A stretch of 64,000 nucleotides of DNA. Source: Antechinus flavipes (taxonomy: Eukaryota). Positions 13,096 to 27,739 of the stretch are shown here, piece after piece. Position 1 is the first letter of the stretch. Each line of letters begins with the position of its first letter. Position numbers and translations under genes: made by a program. The DNA lies in NCBI RefSeq assembly GCF_016432865.1, contig NC_067398.1, forward strand, positions 109,678,001 through 109,742,000. Reading direction: 5' to 3'. The notes beneath the pieces are model-generated. The model was given only the letters and a program-made list of their open reading frames with translations, was not told the origin of the DNA and made no database searches.

Positions 13096-15649
13096 ATCTA
13101 TTTCTAAAAAAGCTATCAACTTATCAGAACTTAGGTGGTGCCTAATGCGTTGCTCATGGTGCTAAATGGTGCTAAATTTTTGCTCAAGAAAACATACTTT
13201 TGCTTTTTTGAAACTGGCAATAAAAAGAATTTTAAAGTACAATCTGTACTTTTAAAAAGTAATATGTTATATAAACATTCTAAGAGATTAATGAGTATGC
13301 ATTTAATAAGCTATAAAATGTTAAAATTACTGGATGTTATGCTCTGAATATTGTTTTTCTGAACATTTGTTTCTTATCCTGATGAACTATAGAAAACTAC
13401 AGCGACTCCCTCTATAGGTATAGATTTAAAGCTCATTTGCAGCTTATAGACAGTACAGAGCAGTAATTCTTAACTGGGGTCCATTTCAGAGGTTCCATAA
13501 ACTTCAATAAGTTAAAATGCATCTTTACTTCTATTAACCTCTAACTGAAATTTAGCATTTAATTATTTAGAGTGCTCTGTTCTAAGGCGTCCACAATTTT
13601 TTACTAGATTGGCAAAAGGTTCTTTCACACAAAAAGATTATTAACAATTCCTAATATAGAGAGTTGGCCATTTTTACTGAGAGGGAACCCAGGCTTTTTC
13701 CAATTCTAAGGCCAACTGCTATCAACAATTCTTAAATGTTCTGAATTAGAGATCTCTTTAGTAGTCTTGTGAAGTCTATGGATCCTCTCTCAGAATAATA
13801 CTTTTAAATATGTAGTATTACAAACAAAACTTATTATATTTAAATAATTATCAAAATCTTTTTAAAACATCAAGTTCACAGACTTCAAGTTAAAAACCCA
13901 TCTGTGTACCATGCCATCATTGTCTTTCAAACACTAACTAAATGACAATCTGTTGAACAAAAAAAGTATTATTTTTAAATTAAGAATGACAAGAATTATT
14001 AGATATTTTGAAAAACAGGCTCTTTTTTCACTTTAAAGTAATGTTAAGAGTTAAATCTAGAATACATACAAATATTCTACTACTGAAGACAACAAATGTA
14101 ATACCAAAGGAACAAATGTGATACCACAATTCTTGGCATGGAATCAAATTTGAATCACCAAGATTAAAGTAAAAAGTAAACTTATTTTTTCAAGTTAAAA
14201 TATTTGAAAGATGTGCTTGAACATTAAATCTATAAATTTAAGCCCAAAATAACAATCTTGTTCTATTTAACTGGTCATGACATATGATTACATAGTCTTG
14301 AACAAACCAATCAATAGCTACACAAATATGAAACAGAAAATATCAGATCTTCCTAAATTTAAGTTTTGAACCAAATATTTATCACATCATCTAGGGAAAT
14401 GACAAAAGAATAAAAGTATTAAGATACTTTATGCCAATTCAAAATTCCTATCATTTTAATGCTAAATAGGCATGACTAAAAGAAAAAAGCAAAACAATTC
14501 AGGGTTCCAAATTCTTTTCCAGTATTAGCTTCCTGTTTTTCATTTAAAGGAATGACAGGAAACACACAACTTCTCAGCAAAAGAGGCCTTTTGTGGGGGA
14601 AGTAAGAAGGGTATCACAAACCTCATTCCTTTTTAAAAAGCATTTCACACACTAAAAGTAGGACTATAAAAACAAAATTAAAAATGGAGAATATGGGGAA
14701 TATCACTCTAGGAAAAAGTTCCTTACTAATTTATCAATGTTTATATGGTTTTAATGATTATCTATTAATGATATCTATATAAAAATACAAGTCATTTTGA
14801 ACATGTATCAGGTGCTAATATACTGTTTGGCAACTAATTAAATTTTTAGAACTCTTTTTTAATTTTATAAGGAAGGGAAAAGTAAAATAATACTGTAAAG
14901 TATCTAAAGTGATGACGTTAACATACAAAAGCTTTCCCGAATTCCATTCACTCAGGCCAAAGGTTCACGACTTAAAAGGGGGATCAAATGCCAATAATGA
15001 ATCCAAGACTTAATTTTTAAAAGGAATAAAGAAAAGAATACATTATCTTTCTGAATCCAAATAGCCAGCCTGTTTTATATCTAGCATACTAGGTGAAACT
15101 GAAATTTGTTATTTCATTACTATACAGAATCATAAGCGTATAGTTAGATAATGTTAAAGATCTCTTCCAGCTCTGGTCTAATCTGCTTACTCAGGATATA
15201 TCAAATTATTTAATATTTAATGCCAACTTTGATAATAAACTAAAAGCTTTTTTCCCCTATGGCCCAAACACATTTTAAATGTAATGGTTCTTGATTATCT
15301 ATACATTGGGTACTAGAGAGAAAGCATTTTAAGTCAATAGGACAAAGGGAGAGGGGATTTATTATCCCAGGAAAAAAAGCAGACAGGAAAATAGAAGAGA
15401 AAAAGGGAAACAGTTATTTTTTAAAATAAGAGATAAACTGAAAATGTTTGTGACTGTGTTCATTTAAAATAAAGATAAAAAGCCAAGTGGAATGTATAAA
15501 ACATTTTGATAGGATTTCCAGACATCAACAATAGTCAACAAAACATATGAATGAAGCTGATCTATCTATGTCCACAAAATTCAATTAAAGGCTCTGGCAA
15601 ATATGCAGGGCAGGATTAGAAACTGGGGAATACATAAACATAAATATAT

Positions 15650-16340
15650 AGAAACATATAAAAACATATTCATACAAAATGTACTAAAGATAATTTTTGG
15701 AGGAAGGCACAAGTATCTGAGATCAAAAAAGACTTCCTTTAGCAAGTGGCACTTGAACTGAGATTTGAAAAAAGCTAGGAATTCTAATATATCTCAATGA
15801 GGAGGGAATAAAGATCATACATGAAAAACGGACAATGCAAAAGCGTGAAGAAAAGAGATGATGTGCCATGTAGGAGGAACAATAAAGAGGCCAAGTTAAC
15901 ACAAAGAAGAAGAAGAATATAATTAAATAAGGTTAAAAAACAAAGTGAGTTGGAGCTTGGTTGCAAATGCCAAACAGAGAAGCTTATATATGATTCTAAA
16001 GATAATGGAGACACTGAAGTGAAAGTGACATGGTCAAATCTGTGCTTTGAGAAAATAATTTTGGTACTTGTATGGAAAATGAATTGGAATGTGGAAATAT
16101 ATGAAGTAAGGATACCAATTAGGAGACCATGAAATGAAATGAAAGAAGTGATAAGGGTCAGATTTAGGATAGTAGGAGAAGAAAACAGTTATCAGAAAAT
16201 GAAGAAGAGGGAAGAAAGGATGAGATTAGGCATTGACTGTGTATGTAGGTGATTGAGTCAGGATGACAACAAAGTTGCAAACGTAGGTGATTGTGAGGAT
16301 GGTAGTATTCTCAAGGCCAATAGGTAAATTTAGAAGAGTT
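15650..16340 (-). mobile_element. L2 LINE fragment
   Basis: gcacttgaactgagatttgaa...ttggagcttggttgcaaatgcc...gtgacatggtcaaatctgtgctttgagaaaat typical antisense L2. Confidence 0.7.
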
Positions 16341-16419
16341 AAGTTTTAGAGTAAAAATGAGGAGTTCTAGAATTTGCAATGTCATCATACTATTATATAC
16401 AATGCTTACCTGTCAGTAG

Positions 16420-16658
16420 GGAAAGTTAGATGATGGTTAGAATGCCAAGCTTAGAATCAGGAAGACTCATTTTCCTGAATTCACATCTGGCCTCAGGCAC
16501 TTTTTAGGTGTATGACTCTGGGAAAGTCCCTTAATCTTATTTGCCTCAGTTTCCTCATGTGCAAAATGAGCTGGAAAAGGAAATGGCAAACCACTCCAGT
16601 ATATTTGCCATCTGGGGTCATGAACAGTTAAGAGATACAACTGAAAATAACTGAACTG
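16420..16658 (+). mobile_element. MAR1 SINE
   Basis: gaatcaggaagactcattttcctgaattcac...ggaaatggcaaaccactccagtatatttgcc. Confidence 0.85.
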
Positions 16659-16814
16659 AAATTGGTAAGTAAAATGTGACCATAGGAATTCAGACACTGA
16701 GAAGCAAAGTCCATGTACCAAAGATATAAAGGGCTTCTATACTAAATAAAAAACTGGCCTAGAAGACCTTTCTAATACTAAGACATTATTCTATTTATTG
16801 ACTCATTACTTTTA

Positions 16815-17376
16815 TTGTTGTTCACTCTTTGTTTTTGAAGAGAACAAGTTACATTGTGGAGTGATGCCTCAACTCGAGGATAAATTGGATTTAATTAAGG
16901 CAGAGTTGCATAAAGTCATCAACCTCACTCTCTCTCTTCTAGTCATCAAACTCCAGTGATAAGAAAAAAATCAGGAAGACTGGTCATGATCTGAGATGCA
17001 TTGGATGACTTCAGTATTTTTGATGTCTGACCACGCTCTGAATATTCCATAATGCACTTCAGCTTCCTGGCTTTCATGGCCACTGGAACAAACTGTTCTC
17101 ATCCACCTGTTCCAACTGGCAAAGTCTTCACATGGTTGGGTTAGACATCTACTAACATCCTAATGAGGTTGGAGCCTGTCAGTTACTCTCAACCTAGTTT
17201 AGACTGTATTCAGAGATGGTTTTTCTAAAGGATGGCTGTTGCAAATGCTACAGTTTCTTAGATTCACAAGTAAAGAGTGAACACAGATGAAGGTGGACAC
17301 CAAAGATTAATGACCAGCTCTGAAAAGAGCTCAGCAATTTCTCACATCATAAGTTCTAGTCCTCCCTTAATACCCC
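16815..17376 (-). mobile_element. RTE-related marsupial SINE (WALLSI-type)
   Basis: Reverse complement begins gggtattaagggaggactagaac..., with gagctcttttcagagctg...ggtgtccacc, resembling WALLSI4-type elements. Confidence 0.65.
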
Positions 17377-18582
17377 ATAAATCTTGGACCAGATAATGTA
17401 CAGTCCAGGGATATACCTGGAAATTAGTAGCAAGGGGAAATAAAGTGAGTGAATTTTATTTTAGTCACATTTCATATCTCCCAATTAGATAGTTAACAAC
17501 AGTAATTTAGTCAAGAGAGCTACTAATAGAAAAGACTGGAAATTTTCTATAAGGGTATTAGGAGATAAATTCTCAAGTGATATGAAAGGAGATAAGGTTA
17601 TAATTCAATTCAACAAGTATTTTGTAAGCATCTACACAACTGGAAAAAGCAACTGAATGAGAATGATTTGGTATGTCCTTGAGAATGATGTAGTAGAAAC
17701 CACAATAGCAGAAGAGACCCCAAAACTTTTTGAAAAAAATCCCAGGCCCTGGAAATTATGTAATCACTTTAGGAATGTAGCTATTGGAAGTGACACATCA
17801 TAAAATCTTGGAGAATGAGTAGGAGGGAAAGAAAATAGTGTCTGATAACTTCATTCCACTAAGCTATCCTTTGGGGACATCTCACTTGTCTTCCAAAACT
17901 CTGGACTACTATCTTGCATCTGGACCTAAACAATGAATACTTCTTAGTTCAAGAAAGAGAGTTTTAGTTAGCTTCCATTATCAAACTTCCCACCAATCAG
18001 AAAAGACTCTGTGGTTAAGGGCCTTCCCTACTCCTGAGGAGGCACATTAGAGCATACCTTTGTCAAATAGTAACCTTTGTGACAGAGAGACCCTCAGTAT
18101 CATCCATTAGCATACCATTGTTCCTGGATTCCCATCATGAACTTGCTGAGTTTACAGTTGACCAGGATTCTCCCTGACTCTCTAATCCTTGACCTTTACT
18201 TCTCTTTTCCTTCCCAGTTTCCAAATCATAAATAACATCACACATCCACACTTAAGTACTTGACCCACTGGACCAAGCCTGTGTGCTTTCACAAAATAAA
18301 AGCCCCTCTGGACTATGAGAATACCTTTGTGAGTTTTTCCCATTCTGACCAGCCCTCCCAACCTGGTGCTTCATCAAGACCAATTGTATCCAGAAGTTGA
18401 CAAAATTCTGTGGATCTTTAGAGAGAAATTCTCCAGGTTTTCTGAAGGAGGAAGAGAAACCAAAGGCATGAAAAAAAGGAAAAAAAAAACCCACCTCAGT
18501 CCTCATTAAATTCAATATCATCTACCACCAACCAACATGTCTACTTTCCCACCTATACATTTTAAATGACAATTATCCATAT

Positions 18583-19150
18583 CAGAATTTCTCAAAGTGT
18601 GGTTTCTGTGGGTTCTTGAGACTTTTTAGGGAGTCTGTGACTCTTTCCAAGGAGTCCTCAAGGTCAAAACTTTTCATAATACCAAAACCTTTTTGTCTCT
18701 TATAATACTCCTCTTCTTTTCCAAGTACTTATTTTTGAGAAATCCTATTTTCTTCATATATCTTAACCATACCAACATATTGGAACAGATTATAGAAGCA
18801 AATATTAATCCAGTTACCTTTTATTAATAGGCTAGATATGAGAGATTTGCAAAAACATATAAAAATAACATTCTTTTGACTCATTTTTTGTTTTGGAAAA
18901 ATAGCATTTTTCTCATAACTACATTTTGGGAAAATAATTAATTTCATTGAAATATTATTTATGTTAATATAATGGGCTTTATTTTTTAAATGAACTATTT
19001 TTTTAAATTAAATTTGTTTATAAAATAGTAAATATCAATAGATATAAACAAAAATTGGGGGGGGGGGTCCTAAAAAAAGCTTTTGTTTACATCTATTGGT
19101 ATTTTTTTTTAATGTAAAGGGATTATGAGATCAAAAAGCCTGAAAACTGC
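18583..19150. mobile_element. hAT-Charlie non-autonomous element
   Basis: Degenerate ends cagaatttctcaaagtgtgg ... aaaaagcctgaaaactgc; AT-rich interior with aaggtcaaaacttttcataata. Confidence 0.55.
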
Positions 19151-19304
19151 TAATCTGCATATACATAAAGAATATATCAATGGTATTCAAAGAAAACAAA
19201 CAAGTGATATTCCATAGTAGACAACATCCTTACCATTACACAATTATTTGTGTTTATTGTTTATTCTGTTTATTGTTTGTCAGCTATATAAAAGTATCCT
19301 ATAA

Positions 19305-19875
19305 AAAGGATGGCAGGATCCAAAAAAGATCTTGACAGATTAGAACAGTGGGCTGATCCTAATAGATGAAATGAGACAAATTAAGAATTCAAGAAATCAT
19401 CTTCACAAATACAGAAAAGACGAGTCATAGTTAGAAAGGAATTTGAAAAATACCTGGGAGTTTGACTAGACTAAGTTTAATTCAAGTCAACAATGAAAAC
19501 AAAGATGATAATGCAGTCTTGGATTGAATTTAAAAGTCATCAATTCTAGAAATAAGGAGATAACCTGTTTTACATGGAGTTTTACATTTAGTTATGAACA
19601 TCATGTTTTATAAAGGACATTGATTAGCTGGAGTTGTTTCTATAAATGGACAGCCATTGTTTTGTGTTTATATCACAGGAAGCAGGTGAAAGAGCTGAGC
19701 ATATTTAATCTGGAGAAGATTCAGGTGTGAATGAACTATGTCCAAGTATTTCAAGGACTATCGCATGTAAGTAGACTTATTCTTTTTGGCCCCAGAAAGC
19801 AGAATTAGGAACAATAGATACAAGTTTCAAAGAGGCAAATTTGGGTTTAATGTCAGGAAAATTATCTTTTTTTTG
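19305..19875 (+). mobile_element. L3/CR1 3' fragment
   Basis: ggatccaaaaaagatcttgacagattagaacagtgggctga...ggccccagaaagcagaattaggaacaatag...aggaaa. Confidence 0.8.
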
Positions 19876-22849
19876 CCACTTGCCTCATTCATGGTTCTGA
19901 GTTAAGCTGATGTTCAGATAGCAGATAGTCCATGGCTGAACCTGTATTCAAATACTTTCCAGCCTCAAAAGAATATTCCATATAGCTTGCTCTCTGTTCG
20001 CATAGTCTTGGAGAATTCAGTGCCAGTATGAGGCATTAGCATGTGTATTTCTGAAGTTTCCTATGTACAAAGTATATTCTAAATTACAAACATCAATGTA
20101 TTTCCCTTTATTTAGAATGAGAACTGGAAATATGCCATTATGCACTAATATAGAATTAGCATGTTAATTTTCTATTTTAATTTTATTTCCTTTAAAATCT
20201 ATTGATGCAAGACAACAGAGCCTTCCCTCTATTGATTATTTTCAATTTATCTTGTATATTCATATGGTTATTTATTGTTTATACATATTGTTATTTATTG
20301 TTTATTATTATCTCTACCACTAGACTGCTGTGCTCTCCAGAACTTAGCACAATATTTGGTCCATAAATATTTAATTAACTAATACTGAGATAAACACTCT
20401 TACAGTTTATCTTCTCTATAATATCATTAGGCTATGAATGTTAAGAGAAAGGAGGAATGATATGTCCTTTACTTTAAATTTTTTTATTGACATTTTATTT
20501 TTACATCTCTTTCATTTCCAAATATACCTTTCATCTTTCGGCAGGGAAGTGTTTTGTTTTGTAACAAAAAATGAAAAAGAAGGAAGAAGGCAATTCAACA
20601 CATGGGATATGTCCTTTAATTTTGATTATATGGTATTGGCTTTTTTTCTAAATAAATTTCATTGATAGCTTTTGTTTCCACATCACCTACATTTTCCACT
20701 ATGTTCTTCCCAGAAAGTCACCTTCCATGACAAAAAATAAAAGAGAAAAATTAATTCAGTAAAATCAATTCATTTTTTTCCTTCTGTTTTCTTTTTTGTA
20801 TGTTATTCCCTTTTGTTCTGATTTTCTCTCCCAACATGATTCATAAAGAAATGTGTATTTAAAAAATTAAGTACATGCATAAACAGATAAAAATTTAAAA
20901 TGGGAGAAATTTTTTTTTAAAAAGAAAAGAATGTTGTTGCCTTTCCAATTTGACCTTATGTATGTTAATATTCCATTATATTTTAGTATTATAATTTGTT
21001 CAGTAATTAACAAATTATTGGATGGTATTTTGTTTCCAGTTTTTTGTTATTACAAGTAATATACTATTAATATTTTGATAGGTACTTTTAAAAAATAATC
21101 TACCCATGTCTTAGTGGAATTTCTGAGTGAAAAAAAGTACAAACAATTTAAACTTTTCTTGCTACATTTAATTTTTTAAATGCCTTGTCCATTCTTCTTG
21201 CATAAATCATTTTCTGATACTCTTTCCTCCTCACCCCCCATTCTTATTTATAAGCAACCCCTCCCATAAAAAAACAAAAAACAACTGTGAAATAAAACCA
21301 AATGATAACAAAAGCTAAATTTAAAAAGATTTATATTAGTTATTCATGTTAGTGAAAATCTTTATAAAAATGAGTTATATACACCATATTATTTTTCCAT
21401 GGAATATAGAATTTCTATGTGATACTCTTTAAAAACAAATTAAGTATGTGGATTACTTTTAAGTGTATATAGTATAGCTCAAAGTAAGCATACAGGTGTC
21501 AAGTATATGGGGAGTTCAGGGAGGACTAGAACATCTATAATACCACTGACCAAATTACTTCACTACAGTTTTGCTAAAAACAAGAGTTTTTAATTGAAAG
21601 GCTTTATATTGGGAAGTGACTATGTCGAAACAAAATATCAATGATTTAAAAAGCATATACTAGAGACATGATATATGTCTCTATGGGGAAAAGTGCTGGA
21701 TTTGGAGTATAAGAACCACATTTGCCACTTTTTATTACCTTAGGGAACTTGGACAAGTCATTCCAATTCTATGAATTTCAATTTTAAGTTACTTATAAAA
21801 ATGAGAAGATTGGACTTATACGACCTGTAGGATCCCTTCCATCTCTAGATCTATAATCTTATCTATAGCCCTGTGATACTAATGAATCCAAGTAAATTAA
21901 TTTATATTAAATCACCTTTCAAAGATGTTCAATTTGTCAGTCAATAGCCTCTCTAAAGTGTACATGCCCAAGAACTTTAAAATCTATTTACATTACTTTG
22001 TGGGTGATTTGTGAATTGTTCAATACAATACTGTCTAGGCAGTGGTAACACATCTTTTAGATCCTTCAGATGGAGGTAAAGTAATCAAAGTGATTTGAAC
22101 AAAATATGCCCCAAGCATTTTAATATCAAGAATGAACAATATGGCGAAAATATTCTCTTGCTAATTCAAGTAAGAATTCCATAAATGGGAAATGGATGAT
22201 ATGTAGGTAAGATAAAGCTTGATTCTTAGAAGAGCTAAATTTTAAATTTTATTGCTTAATACTTAATCTCTTCAACCATAATAAAGGATTCTCAGAGTCA
22301 AGGGCCAAGTCATACACTGTATCCTCAATTCATTGCCTGATATCTTGCAGATTACATTCAATCAATAAGTTTTTATTTCTGAATTTTATTTATTTAACCA
22401 TTGCTTGCCACCTCACAGTATTCTTCATAAATCCAATGTTTTACATTTGCAAACTCCTTACTTCCCAATCTCACCATCATAGTACCTTTGCTTATTATGT
22501 TCTCCTTTAAATGGAATGACCCTTCTATCCAAACTTGGATAATTTCTGTGCTCAACTCTAGAAATCATTAAACAAATACCCATTTAATTGAAATGAATTT
22601 ACTTAAAGGGCATGTGAGTGACTACATGGGAGATTTGAATTCAGTTACCAATTTTTCTAATGCTGTTCCCCCAACTTTATGTTGTTAATATAGCAAATGT
22701 GGTATCTTTTTGAAAATCAAGTAATAGGTTCCAATATTTTCAACAAAATACTAAAAAAAAAGAAATTCTATATTCTATCTCATTTTTGTCCCTCCCACTT
22801 AGGGAAAAAAAAACAACAATATAAATGACACACCTAAAAACAGAGGGGA

Positions 22850-23101
22850 GGGGCAACTAAGTGGTACAGTAAAGATAGTGCCAGGCCTAAAGTCAGGAAA
22901 ATAATCTTCCTGAATTCTAATCTGGGCCTCAGACATTATGAGCTGTGTTATCCTGGGCAAGTCACTTAACCCTGTTTGCCTCAGTTTTATCTGTAAAGAA
23001 AATGATAAACTGCTTCAGTATATTTGCAAAAACAAAAAAACGAAAAATAAAACTCAAACAGATTGACAAAGAGTGACAGACAACTGAAATAACTGAACAA
23101 A
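22850..23101 (+). mobile_element. MAR1 SINE
   Basis: ggggcaactaagtggtacagt...ctgggcaagtcacttaaccctgtttgcctcagtttt...caactgaaataactgaacaa. Confidence 0.85.
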
Positions 23102-23528
23102 ATATAGAGGCACCAATGAGAAAAAGAGAAATCAAAGACTGAGAATTGTTTGAGGCTTTCAAAACCTCAAATCACAAAGTAACAATCTTTCAATTTTCCT
23201 TAATTTTATAGAACATCTAATATCAAATGTACCCTACATATTCTCTTTACCTTTTATTTTTTAGCTATAAAAATCACATCCAACAGGAAGTTAATTTACT
23301 TCATACCATCTCTAGTATTTCCACTATGAAACTAAGACATAGACTACTTTTCCTTCTTTTAATTAGCCCCAACTTGTTCAATACCTATACCAAAAATTTA
23401 AAGAAAGCCTTTAAAATGGCTAGTTTGTTGATTTTATCAGAACCACTTTAAAATATTCTACAAAGTTTTGTTTCATTCCTTAACTCTCAAAAGCTATACT
23501 AAATCTGGAGAAAAATTAACAATAGGCA

Positions 23529-23700
23529 GGGCAGCTAGTTGGTCAAGTGGATAGAGCACCAGCCCTGAAATCAGGAGGACCTGAATTCAAATTTGACCTC
23601 AGACATTTAACATTTCCTGGCTGTGTGACCCTGGGCAAGTCACTTAATCCCAACTGCCTCAGCAAAAAATAAAAATTAATAAATAGATAAATAGATATAA
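23529..23700 (+). mobile_element. WSINE1 SINE
   Basis: gggcagctagttggtcaagtggatagagcaccagccctgaaatcaggaggacctgaattcaaat...caactgcctcagcaaaaa plus A-rich tail. Confidence 0.92.
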
Positions 23701-24159
23701 ATAAATATAGTAAAAGAACAATTTCATTGTATATTTCCTTGCCCAAAGACATTTCTTTGCTATTTGAAATATTAAGATAATAGAACGTGCTGTCAAAAGG
23801 CAAGCAATTCATAATGAATTTATTTTTTACTTGCAGAATTAACACTTTATTTCTCTCAATTTAGAATGACCAAAATGAATGGTATAGACAATAAAGTTAC
23901 TGAAATTTATAGAAGGAAGTGCTTACTAAGGGCTGACTGGCTAGGGAAGTAAAAAGGGTATTTGAGAGGAGCCAGGAAGGAAGATTTCAACAAGTAGAGG
24001 AATAGAGAGCTGGAGGCATTTTAAATAAAGAGAATAGGAACTTCAGCATGCAAACATCAAGTTAAGGGAAAGGTGAATTTTTGAATTTGGCTACAGTGAA
24101 GGATTCCAGACTTTAGTGAAATGCAAATTAAGTACAAATCAATGGTATAATAAAATAGC

Positions 24160-24690
24160 CTCCACAAAAAAGTGAACTAAATTTTAAAAAATATCCAGGA
24201 CAAGGAAGGAAATAGTTTCATTGTATTCTGTACTAGGTTAGATATCTGAACTATTATGTTTAATGTTGAGTCCAAGAACAATTGATAAATTGGAGAACAT
24301 CCAGAGTAAAGTACCTAAGATAGTAAGATCTTGAGTTTATTTTCTAAGGATTATCTGTAGAAACTGGAGATGATTAGTAGAGATAATCAGAGGAGACAAA
24401 GTAGGTGTCTACAACTATCTGAAAGGTTATTATGTAGAAGAATTCAATTTGTGCCACTTGGCTTCAAAGAAAAGAACTAGGAGCAAATTGATGTTGCAAA
24501 GGTAGAGTTAAGCTTGATATAGTGAAAAACTTCATAACAATCATAAAATCCAAAAGTAAAATAGATGGTATCAGAACACAGTGAATTTATCAGAAGGCAG
24601 TGAATTCATCTATGCTATCCTGTACTGTAAACAAGACCTGTATTCAGCTACAGTTTGAATTAGAGGATTACTGAGTTTCTTTCCATGTCT
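24160..24690 (+). mobile_element. L3/CR1 3' fragment
   Basis: tgataaattggagaacatccagag...caactatctgaaaggttattatgtagaag...gttgcaaaggtagagttaagcttgat. Confidence 0.75.
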
Positions 24691-25171
24691 AAGATTCTAA
24701 GTCTGAATAACTAGGATAGAGTACCAATAAGAAAAATGGAGAAGCCTAGAAATGGAGTTCATTTAAGCATATAGATGATGACATTGATTTTTGACAATGC
24801 CTTAAATGATGACAAGACATTCAAGTGGAGATATTTGGAAGACTGATGACATATGGCTAAAAACTAAAAGGAAAATCAAGGCTAGAAATGCAGATTTCTT
24901 ATTCATTTCTATAGAAATAACAGCCGTTATCATAAGAAAATGAATTTTCAAAGAAAAAAGTAGAGTGGAACAAAAAGGTTAAACTTGTAAAGGAAACAAA
25001 TGTTAACAGATAAGAACCCTAGAAAACAGTGCCTTCTATGGAGAAATTTTTTTCGAAGAAGTGGATTCAAATTAATGTACAAAGCTATATAGGAAGGCCA
25101 TTTATCAAAGATAAATTTTTTAATACCACAAAACAATTATTTTATAAGAAGGTAGAAAATCTCCTACTTAC

Positions 25172-25279
25172 TGATACAGCTATCATGGTACTATCTGGCC
25201 TCCATTCAACTTGCTTGTAGGATCCAAACTGAGTAGATGATTTTGCCAGTTCCTTATAGGTTACGATTAACACGCTAGG
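25172..25279 (-). CDS. RIC1: RIC1 coding exon 2 (108 nt)
   Basis: TTTTGGCCAG| [36 protein letters not shown] |GTAAGT; continues the RIC1 sequence in frame from exon 1. Confidence 0.98.
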
Positions 25280-25285
25280 CTGGCC

Positions 25286-25323
25286 AAAAAAAAAGAAAGA
25301 AAGAAAGAAAGAAAGAAAAAAAA
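25286..25323. repeat. (GAAA)n / (TTTC)n tract forming the polypyrimidine tract of RIC1 exon 2
   Basis: aaaaaaaagaaagaaagaaagaaagaaagaaaaaaaa directly upstream (transcript sense) of the exon 2 acceptor. Confidence 0.92.
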
Positions 25324-25483
25324 CAAATTACATTTTTATTGACATCAAAACAATGCACAGAACAATTTCAACCAGACAAGTAATCTCAGGCCATTCTCAT
25401 AAAATATTCTAAAGGATTTTGAGAAAGCAATAGCACTTACTATGATGTGCTCAATTGATTCTTAAGAGGGATAAAACACATAC

Positions 25484-25525
<42 letters not shown>

Positions 25526-25527
<2 letters not shown>

Positions 25528-26583
25528 TAAGGTTATTCTGAAAGTGCTTGAAATCTGGACAGGGAGAAAAAAATATACTTAGATACAATGTACTATATGA
25601 TTGAACACTAAAATGTAGGACCATGAACTCTTCTTCAGTGCTAGAAAAATTCATATATCAGTTTGAGTTAGATTAGTTCTAAGTCTCCAAAAGAAATGTG
25701 ATTTGTTTGTCTTGAAAAATTTGGAATAAGAGAAAAGGTAAGGGGAAGGCATTTTAAGTGAAAGGAAAAATAAAGGAGAGGGGCAGACTTAAATTTTGAG
25801 TGTATAAGAAAACAAACTTTGATGATAAGTCTGGAGGTCCACAAAGAAGTACTGGTAGATAGTGCCTTTGTATCCCTACTGCTCAGAAAATTAAAAAAAT
25901 GTTTGTTGAGTGACTGACAATGACTAAAATATAGCTGGGTCAGAATTCTGGCATAAGTGCAAACTTGATTCCCCAAGTAATAAACAGAGTGAGCGTTTTC
26001 GTAGTTTCTTAAGTTATGGTTTAAAAAATAATTTCTGAAGTTTCACTAAATAGTAAAGTTTTCATGATATTTCTGAGACAACCCAAATTTAAACCTATGA
26101 GTTTTTAGGCCAATGATCTCACCATTAGTTCACTCATTATTTCTCTACTCTGATTTTCATTGAGTTTCTATCCCAGCTAATCAATTAAAAATATTTCGAA
26201 GTCTTTCTAGGTAATCTCCTAATCAATTCAAAAATTATTCTTAGCTTTTATTTTCTCTGGCCTCTCTGAAACATGACAGTACCAACTAGCTCCTCCTTTT
26301 TGCAACTCTTCTCTTCTATGACTTCTGTTATACTGGTCTCTTGGTTCCTGGCAGCTCTCTTAGTGACTTAATCAATGGCTCCCCTTAAGGTACACAGGAG
26401 GAAAATAAACTCAGATCTTCCCGTCTTTGAGGTCTCTTCTCAATTCATTATGCCATCCACTTCTCTACTGGATTGTATATATCTTTATATCTATCGATGT
26501 AATGCATATATATTCATTTTTTACATTTATTTCCATATGAGTTATATTGAGAGAAAAAAATCAGTAAAGGGAAAAACCTTAAG

Positions 26584-26635
<52 letters not shown>

Positions 26636-27691
26636 TAAGGTTATTCTGAAAGTGCTTGAAATCTGGACAGGGAGAAAAAAATATACTTAGATACAATGTA
26701 CTATATGATTGAACACTAAAATGTAGGACCATGAACTCTTCTTCAGTGCTAGAAAAATTCATATATCAGTTTGAGTTAGATTAGTTCTAAGTCTCCAAAA
26801 GAAATGTGATTTGTTTGTCTTGAAAAATTTGGAATAAGAGAAAAGGTAAGGGGAAGGCATTTTAAGTGAAAGGAAAAATAAAGGAGAGGGGCAGACTTAA
26901 ATTTTGAGTGTATAAGAAAACAAACTTTGATGATAAGTCTGGAGGTCCACAAAGAAGTACTGGTAGATAGTGCCTTTGTATCCCTACTGCTCAGAAAATT
27001 AAAAAAATGTTTGTTGAGTGACTGACAATGACTAAAATATAGCTGGGTCAGAATTCTGGCATAAGTGCAAACTTGATTCCCCAAGTAATAAACAGAGTGA
27101 GCGTTTTCGTAGTTTCTTAAGTTATGGTTTAAAAAATAATTTCTGAAGTTTCACTAAATAGTAAAGTTTTCATGATATTTCTGAGACAACCCAAATTTAA
27201 ACCTATGAGTTTTTAGGCCAATGATCTCACCATTAGTTCACTCATTATTTCTCTACTCTGATTTTCATTGAGTTTCTATCCCAGCTAATCAATTAAAAAT
27301 ATTTCGAAGTCTTTCTAGGTAATCTCCTAATCAATTCAAAAATTATTCTTAGCTTTTATTTTCTCTGGCCTCTCTGAAACATGACAGTACCAACTAGCTC
27401 CTCCTTTTTGCAACTCTTCTCTTCTATGACTTCTGTTATACTGGTCTCTTGGTTCCTGGCAGCTCTCTTAGTGACTTAATCAATGGCTCCCCTTAAGGTA
27501 CACAGGAGGAAAATAAACTCAGATCTTCCCGTCTTTGAGGTCTCTTCTCAATTCATTATGCCATCCACTTCTCTACTGGATTGTATATATCTTTATATCT
27601 ATCGATGTAATGCATATATATTCATTTTTTACATTTATTTCCATATGAGTTATATTGAGAGAAAAAAATCAGTAAAGGGAAAAACCTTAAG

Positions 27692-27739
<48 letters not shown>
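25526..27739. repeat. Tandem segmental duplication, period 1108 bp, bounded by three (CA)n tracts
   Basis: Unique part 25526-26588 recurs at 26634-27696; ORF-track entries repeat with identical translation at offset 1108 (25668/26776) or identical until the CA tract (26375/27483). Confidence 0.97.

Noticed and set aside
18250-18521. Short open frames on both strands (e.g. LHQDQLYPEVDKILWIFREKFS) after an LTR-like stretch
   Set aside because: Cannot be assigned to any gene or retroelement protein with confidence; needs BLASTX.
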